Below are positions 56,686-64,000 of a DNA stretch of 64,000 nt, piece after piece. The stretch is taken from assembly GCF_036321535.1 (NCBI RefSeq), contig NC_087438.1, positions 98,270,001 through 98,334,000 of the forward strand, in the 5' to 3' direction. Under the pieces are notes generated by a model. The model was not told the DNA's origin. It worked only from the letters and a program-made list of their open reading frames with translations, and ran no database searches. The stretch comes from Camelus dromedarius (Eukaryota). Each line of letters opens with the position of its first letter. The first letter of the stretch is position 1. The position numbers and the translations under genes were made by a program.

Positions 56686-58858
56686 TTGAGAAGCTGCCTT
56701 CCCTTTGGTCTAATTTGAGAATTAGATAGCACAGACTGGTTAATAACTAAGCCAAAACAACTTTGATATTCCCTGGGTCAGGTACTGTGCCAGGTCCCAG
56801 GGTTGCAGAGGGGGAATAAAAGCCCCTTAAATTAAACAAACAAACAAACAAACAAAAAAACCAAACATGATAGTTACACAACTTTAAGCAGGTGAATTCT
56901 GTAACAACTTTAGCTGGTTCTATATCCTGCTAAATAGGCTCTATTTGGGTTAACAAGGCTGCTTCGTACGGCTTGTTGACATTCTGTGCCTCATCTAGTC
57001 CCTCATACAACTTTATGTAGCATCTGAATCAGATCACTTGTGGGTCCCCCAAAGTACCATAGTCTGGACTTTTGTGCAAAATTCCCTTGCTGTCAGGCAT
57101 TCATTTTGTCTAACTTACTTCTAATGCTGAATCTTGCCACTGGAAACTGAATGTATCTTTATCTACTGGCTTAAGGCCTCTCAGAGTTTCTCATACAATA
57201 TTTGGCCACTGCAGGCAGATTAGTTGGTGCTTTCCTTGGCAGGATTATGTGTTCTACAGGTCCTTGGGTAAGAATCTGCCCTTGTCAACGGGATCCTTTT
57301 GTTCTCCTTTTCAAGGCAGGCTGGAGAATATGTCAGTGAGCTGAGTTCCTTCCATGGTTCACTATTCATCAGGCAACTAATTCAACTTTGGCCTCAAGTG
57401 ATTTCCCTCCCTTTTTGATACCAGCAAAATCTGACTTCTGATCATCTCTACTAAAAAGCAGTTCTGAATTCCAGTTTCTAAATTCTCTTGGGACAGGCAA
57501 GTGGTTTGAGTCTCCAGGGGGTCTGTCTAGGTCATGGGTGTTTGGAGGGGCTCAAGTTGGTGACTTAAAAAAGGGAGGGTGGGAAGGAAATGGGATGGAA
57601 ATTTAGGAGTCCAGAGCAATCCCAGAGAACTCACATCTCTGGAAGTTTTGGTGTTTGTGTTCACTAAAATCCAAGGAAGTTTTGCATTCTAATTGAGAAA
57701 CATGCCTGTGACCGGTCTACATGAGTGTTCATTCAATGAGTCTGAGGTGCTGAACATGTTCTAGGCCTTGTTAGCAAAGCATCAAGTCCCCAGCTGTCAT
57801 GGAATTTGCATTCTGTTGGAATTGCTGGTTGAAGTATTTACAGAACAAAAGATCTGTATGGCTTCAGGTGACTCTGTGGTTTCAGGCACCCCCAGGGCCT
57901 CTTGCATCTCTCCTATAACTCCAAAAATTTAATTGTGAAGACTAATCCAGCAATTCTACTCATCTAAGTATCCTAAGAACAGACTTGCTTATGTGTACAT
58001 ATGTGTGCAAAGATGTTTACTGCAGCTTTGTTTATAATAGTGAAACATTTAAAATAAAACTGGTCCATTTATACTTGAGTATAATGCAGTCATTACAATA
58101 TATATGAATTAGATCTACTCAATGTACTGACAGAAGTCTCCAAGACATACTGTTAAGTAAACGAACACAAAAACAATACCCAACAAACCAATCCCCAGTA
58201 AGGCCCCCCTCACTCCCAGTCATAGAAAAAAATGTGTATAGTTAAATATATAGATTGAGGAAAAGAACTGGAGGAATACACACTGAAATCGTAATCATTA
58301 ACTGGAGAAAAGTAGGAATTGTGGGGTGAGAAAGGTTATCTGTTTACAGGATACATAAAAGGAATAGGGTGTTCGCGTGTGGTTTAGAATAATTAAAAAG
58401 TATTAACAGAAGTAATACTATATAACACCTGGGAACTGTATAACACCTGGGAGAGGAGCTGTGGGGTTTATGTAGTTTAACCGCAAAGTTCCAAAATAAA
58501 GCCTGAAATAACAATTTGCAGCGTGTAAAGATTCCACTCTACTGATTCAAGGCACTGTGAAAGTTGATCAGATCACAGAGTGCTGGACCCTGTGGTTGTC
58601 AGGGGAGCGGAGAGGTATGAAGAGGCGACCAGAGCCTTGTGGACCAGGTGACTGCGGCGGCACGGAGGGAGAGAATAAGCCCAGAAGCAACCGCGGAAGA
58701 GCTCACTTGCTGGTAGGGGAGACCTGGGTCCTTGACACTGCTGTGTGTCCTCAGATGGGCACTCTTCAAGTGTCTAAATTGGGGGTGGGTGATCAGATAG
58801 GGCAGTTCGTTTGGACACTGAGTCAGTCTGGATCCCGTCTATCCTGTTTGGTTTATTG

Positions 58859-58900
58859 TGACGTATGCCTTTCTCACTAGTCAAGTTAATACAATCCAGA
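58859..58900 (+). promoter_or_regulatory. Upstream elements of the vault RNA gene
   Basis: CRE-like TGACGTA at about -53 and AT-rich TTAATACAAT at about -26 to -17. Vault genes are known to use external plus internal Pol III elements. Confidence 0.55.
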
Positions 58901-58911
58901 GGGCGTGCTCG

Positions 58912-59007
58912 GGCTGGCTTTAGCTCAGCGGTTCCTTCGACTGACATGCAATTTAATTACCCTCTTCGGGGGTGGTTCGAGACCCGCGGGCGCTCTCCAG
59001 TCCTTTT
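58912..59007 (+). ncRNA. VTRNA1: Vault RNA (VTRNA1 locus), RNA Pol III transcript, ~96 nt
   Basis: GGCTGGCTTTAGCTCAGCGG (A box) ... GGTTCGAGACC (B box) CGCGGGCGCTCTCCAGTCC TTTT terminator. 5' and 3' ends are complementary. Syntenic position downstream of ZMAT2. Confidence 0.97.
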
Positions 59008-59719
59008 GCCATTTTGCTTTCCCCAAAAAGCAATCTCTTTTGCTGTCCCAGTTCTTTCCTAGCTTGGAGAGAGCGTTTTTCAGACTCCTCCCCTGACGGG
59101 AGCGCCAAAGCAACCAACTTTCCAGCGGGTATTCAGCTCCCTTTCAACCAGGAACTAGGGTTGCTTGGAGAAATAGCTGATGCTAGGACAGGGGAAGGAA
59201 ATACAGAGATGAACTGGGAGCATCTTGGATTCACCTAGTAGTTCCAGAAAGTAAGGAAGTGCTAAAAAACAAAACAAACAAACAAAAAAACCTAACACAA
59301 AAAACTTGCTTTTAAAATTACTTTTGATGTTAATGTTTGTTTTTGTTCCAGTGCTTAACTGTTATACTGGTATCTTTTCTAAGTCCTCAAATAACTTTTC
59401 CTTACAGGGGCTGCATTATTTCGTTTGTCAGCTACATTTTAACTCCCTTCTATTATTTATATAACAGTCAATTATTTCATTTCATTTTCCCCTTCCTCTC
59501 CCAATTTGAGAGAGGTTACTTTCAAAAAACAACTTGCATATTATTTTCCCATCCTTGTTACCACCTTTATTTTAGTCAGAGATCTACAACTTATTAGTAT
59601 AGTTAATGCTTTCTGAATTTTCCTGTTAGTTCTATGGTGGATGAAACTCATTCTCTAGTAAATTCCTCAGAAGAGGCTCCAGAGTACAGTATTCTGAATT
59701 CTTGCATGCTTATTTAAAA

Positions 59720-59978
59720 AAATTTTTTTAAATTGAAGTATAGTCGGTTTACAATGTTGTGTTAATTTCTGGTGAGTTTTGCGTATTTAAAACTGATTTT
59801 CTATAGCCTTAGTACTTAAAGGAACAGATAGGCTAGATATAAAATCTTGGTTCTCACTTTTTTCCTGTGGGTATTTAAAAACTTCATTGCAGAATATAGT
59901 ATGTATATGCATGACTGGGACATTGTGCTGTATGCCAGAAATTGACACATTGTAACTGACTGTACTAAAAAAAAAATT
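59720..59978. mobile_element. Two short L1 3'-end fragments in opposite orientation
   Basis: 59720-59773 (-): ttttaaattgaagtatagtcggtttacaatgttgtg. ~59890-59978 (+): ...gaaattgacacattgtaactgactgtact plus poly(A). Confidence 0.6.
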
Positions 59979-61389
59979 CATTGCTGCTTTCCTTTGTGTG
60001 TTGTTGTGAAACCTGATACCAACCTGATTTTGTTTCCTTCCTAAATGATTTGGTCTTTTTCCCTGAGGCCCAAAGGATTTTTTTTCTTTCAAATCTAATT
60101 AATTTTCTAAGATTCCTTAGAATTGACCATTCCATACTATTTTCTTTGGTCCTTGGAAGACCTTTTTGATGTGTAGATTGAAGTTTTACTTCTAGGAAGT
60201 TTTCTTGAATATTACATCTGTTCCATTATTTTGTTTTTCTTGTACAGGGACTATAATATATGTTGGGTCCTCTTTGCCTCTGTATCTAGTACTTTCTCTC
60301 TGATCCTTCTTACTGGTTTCTTGATTTTTAGACTTTTTCCTGGCTGTTACAGTTCTTTTCGCCAAAACCAGTTATTGTATTTTAAGTAAAATCTCTTCCT
60401 CTTGGACATCTTATAATTTAGTCTTTTGTTTTCCTGAGATGATTCTACTTTTTGTTAATTTTGTCTTGATTTTGACTAACTCTTGTCTTACAACTTTTTG
60501 GTTTTTGTCCATTTTGTACTGAATTATTTTTCTGATTCACTGTTTTTTCATATCGCCATGACTGTTTAAGGTTATTTAATTCAGGTTGGAGTATTGTATT
60601 TCAGTTTTCCTGTTTCATGGTTAGTTTTGAAAGAATATTTATCCTCATTTTTTTGTTGTCTTTGTATAATATTAAGCCTACTATTTTCTGTTCATTCTAA
60701 ATGTCTACTTTCCAGTTTTAGCAACTGCAAATGAGGCAGGCAGTTGGGTGCTTTATTAGGTTTCTTAGTTCGAGAGTGCCCTCTTCTGTAGGTAGGATGA
60801 AGTGCATCTTTTCCAAGTAAAAGGTATTTTGTGGCGAGTGGAGGCCAGGTTGATGGGTCTTCTGGTTTTGTGATTCTCCTTCATTTCTCTGGTGGTTTTC
60901 ATTTTCACGCCTTGTTTTCTTTATTTTCACCATCAAGCCCTCAAGGGATACCTCCCCTTCAAGTCACCTCTTTCCTCCAGACGAGATGCCTTCTCAAGAC
61001 TCATTTCTAGTCTTAAACACTTTAAGACCTTCTCTTAGAGTCTTCAGTTCCTCTCATCCATCAGGTCTCAGTCGTATTGTCAGCATTTCCCCACTCAAGC
61101 TGGGACTCTCTTTTTCTGGTGGTGACTCTATCTGTCTTCCACCATTGCTAGACCTCTGTTGCTCTCTAATCTTCTATACCATCTTGGCCTCTCTTTAATA
61201 GCATGGCTTTGTAACTGAATCTGCTGATTTTGGCTATATAGTCACCAGTTTATACGTAGAATAAAGTTTATAATATTCTCTGTCTCCAAATTATGCTGTA
61301 GTCATAGGTGGTTTTATTAGCTTTCTTTTTGTTCATTTGTTTGTTTTTATTTAGGTGGCTGGCATTATTCTGTGGGAACCTGGAAGCCA

Positions 61390-62701
61390 GCTCTTTTTTT
61401 TTTTCTTAAAATTTTTTTCTTTCTAGTTTTATTGAGATATAATGGATATAAAGCACTGTGTAAGGTTAAAGTGTACAGCATAATGATTTGACTTACATAC
61501 ATCATAAAATGATTACCATGATAAGCTAAGTGAACATCATCTCATATAGATACAAAATTAAAAGAGAAAGAAAAAATATTTTCCTTGTGATGAGAACTAT
61601 TAGGATTTAGTCTCTCAACAACTTTTATATATAACATAAAGCATTGCTAATTATATTTAACATGTTGTTACATAACATCCCTAGTAACTGGAAGTCTGTA
61701 CTTTTTGACTACCTTCATCCAATAACTCCTCCCTCCACCTCCTGCTTCTGGTAACCACAAATATGATCTCTTTTTCTAAGAGTTTGTTTGTTTGTCTTCA
61801 AAATATAATTTATCTACAATACTGTTTTATTTCCTGGTGCACAACATAGTGATTTGATATTTCTATACATTACAAAATAATCACCAGCACCATAAGTCTA
61901 GTTACCCACCTATCACCATACCAAGATTTTACATTCTTATATGCTATATTCCTCACACTAAACATTTCATACCCATGACTCATTTATTTTGTAATGGGAA
62001 ATTTGTACCTCTTAATCTCCCTCATCTATTTCCCTCATCTCCCCACACGTCTCCCTTCTGGCAGCCACCTGTTTGTTCTCTGTATCTGTGACTCTGTTTC
62101 TGTTTTGCTGTTCGTTCATTTGTTTTGCTTTTTAGATTCCACGTGTAAATGAACTCATAGGTATTTGTCTTTGTCTGACTTACTTCATTTAGCATAGTAT
62201 CCTTTAGGTCCATCCATATTATCACAGATGGCAAGATTTCATTCTTTTTTATGGCTTAGTAACATTGCTTAATGTATATATGCAGGGGTGTGTGTGTGTG
62301 TGTGTGTATACACCACATCTTCTTTGTCCATCTATCAGTGGTCATTTAGGTTGCTTCCATATCTTGGTTATTGTAAATAATGCTACAATGAACACAGAGG
62401 TGCATATATCATTTCAAATGAGTGGTTTTGGGTTTTATTTTAAAAATAAATATCCAGGAACTGCTGGATTGTATGGTAGTTCTATTTTTAATTTTTTTTT
62501 TTGAGGAAACTCCATACTGTTTTATGTAGTAGCTGCACCAATTTACATTCCTCCACCAGCGTATGAGGGTTCTGTTTCTTCCACATTTTTGCCAATACTT
62601 GTTACTTGTCTTTTTGATGATAGCCATTGTGACAGGTGTGAGGTGTTATCTCACTGTGGTTTTGATTTACAGTTCCCTGATGATTTTTGATGCTGAGCAT
62701 C
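61390..62701 (-). mobile_element. 5'-truncated L1 (3' UTR/ORF2 end) with 23-bp TSD
   Basis: Poly-T at ~61394 and recognisable L1 3' sequence. ATTCT(G/A)TGGGAACCTGGAAGCCA at 61367-61389 and 62702-62724. Confidence 0.8.
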
Positions 62702-62729
62702 ATTCTATGGGAACCTGGAAGCCAACTAA

Positions 62730-64000
62730 TTTTTTTCTTTAAAAAATTTAAAATTGTGGTAAAATATACAGCACGTAAAATTTACCATCTGAACCATTTT
62801 TAAGAGTCCAGTCAATCGTATTAACTAAGTTCACATTATTATGCAACTATTACCACCATCTATCTTCAGAACTTTGTCTTGCAAAACTGAAACTCTATAT
62901 CTACTAAACAATAACTACCCACCCCTCCGTCTGCCCCCGACCCCTGGCAACCACCATTCTACTTTCTGTCTCTATGAATTCGACTACTTTAGCTACTTCA
63001 TATACGTGGAGNNNNNNNNNNNNNNNNNNNNNNNNNNNNNNNNNNNNNNNNNNNNNNNNNNNNNNNNNNNNNNNNNNNNNNNNNNNNNNNNNNNNNNNNN
63101 NNNNNNNNNNNNNNNNNNNNNNNNNNNNNNNNNNNNNNNNNNNNNNNNNNNNNNNNNNNNNNNNNNNNNNNNNNNNNNNNNNNNNNNNNNNNNNNNNNNN
63201 NNNNNNNNNNNNNNNNNNNNNNNNNNNNNNNNNNNNNNNNNNNNNNNNNNNNNNNNNNNNNNNNNNNNNNNNNNNNNNNNNNNNNNNNNNNNNNTAGTAG
63301 TCATCGTAATGGGTGTGAGGTGATTTCTCTCTATTCTTGTCTGTTTATTTTTCTAGTTTGTCTGCATCCATAAAATGTTGATATTTTTATTGGGATCATA
63401 TTAACTGATCTATTCATTTGAGGACAATTGAGAGTCTTTATGACATCAAGTCAAAGGAATTTACTCTAAGAACAAGGAATGTTTTCTACTTGTTCAAATT
63501 CACTTTTGTGTTTTCTAGGAGTACATTAGATTTTTACATATATGAAATTTTGAACATTTCTTGATAAGTTTACTTTTAAGAATTTCCCCTTTTTTGTTTA
63601 TAAATAGGATCTTATATTCCATAATACTTTCTGGCTTGTTATTTTTAGGTATGTGAAGATTGTTGACTTTTGTTTGTGAATTTTGTGTCCTGACACCTTA
63701 CTGTATTGTTTTATACTTCTTTTCCAATTTGTATACCTCTATTTATTGTCCATTCTCTGATAGCTTTGGATAATTATTCCCATGCCATTGTTAAACAGTA
63801 GTAGAAATAGAAAACATCTTTGTCTTGTTCCTGACCTTTACTGAAATTCCTCCAGTGTTTCCCCGTTAAGATTCATCTCTAGCATGATTATATATATATA
63901 TGTATATATAAAATACAATAAATATAATGTAATGTATACACTTATAATCAGGATAGATATATTGTCATCAATTCCTATCCTGATTATTTTAAAAATCTAG
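62730..64000 (-). mobile_element. Older L1M fragments spanning an assembly gap (63012-63294, 283 N)
   Basis: aaattgtggtaaaatatac...aagttcacattattatgcaactattaccaccatc is a typical L1M 3' end. Confidence 0.6.

Noticed and set aside
56860-57720. Possible ERV internal relic between ZMAT2 and the vault RNA
   Set aside because: Vague resemblance only, with no ORF, termini or TSD that I can verify.

Overview
Mammalian genomic DNA with three N gaps. The gene order matches human 5q31.3: TMCO6(+), NDUFA2(-), IK(+), WDR55(+), DND1(-), HARS1(-), HARS2(+), ZMAT2(+), then one vault RNA gene (+). tRNA-Ala-derived SINEs suggest a camelid (inference). I traced every coding exon by hand from splice sites and reading-frame continuity. 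All CDSs close in frame: TMCO6 492 aa, NDUFA2 99, IK 555, WDR55 382, HARS1 509, HARS2 506, ZMAT2 199. The exception is DND1, whose exon 2 most likely sits in an N gap. Gene and repeat names come from recalled sequences, not database searches. Notable points: three minor-spliceosome (U12) introns, a palindromic poly(A) signal shared by TMCO6 and NDUFA2, a full-length RPL34 retrocopy in a TMCO6 intron, a fold-back LTR fragment in IK, a solo LTR at the left edge, an in-frame upstream ATG in HARS2, and a single vault RNA with a variant conserved box. I found no convincing novel biological system; the findings are regulatory or evolutionary oddities in a well-known locus.
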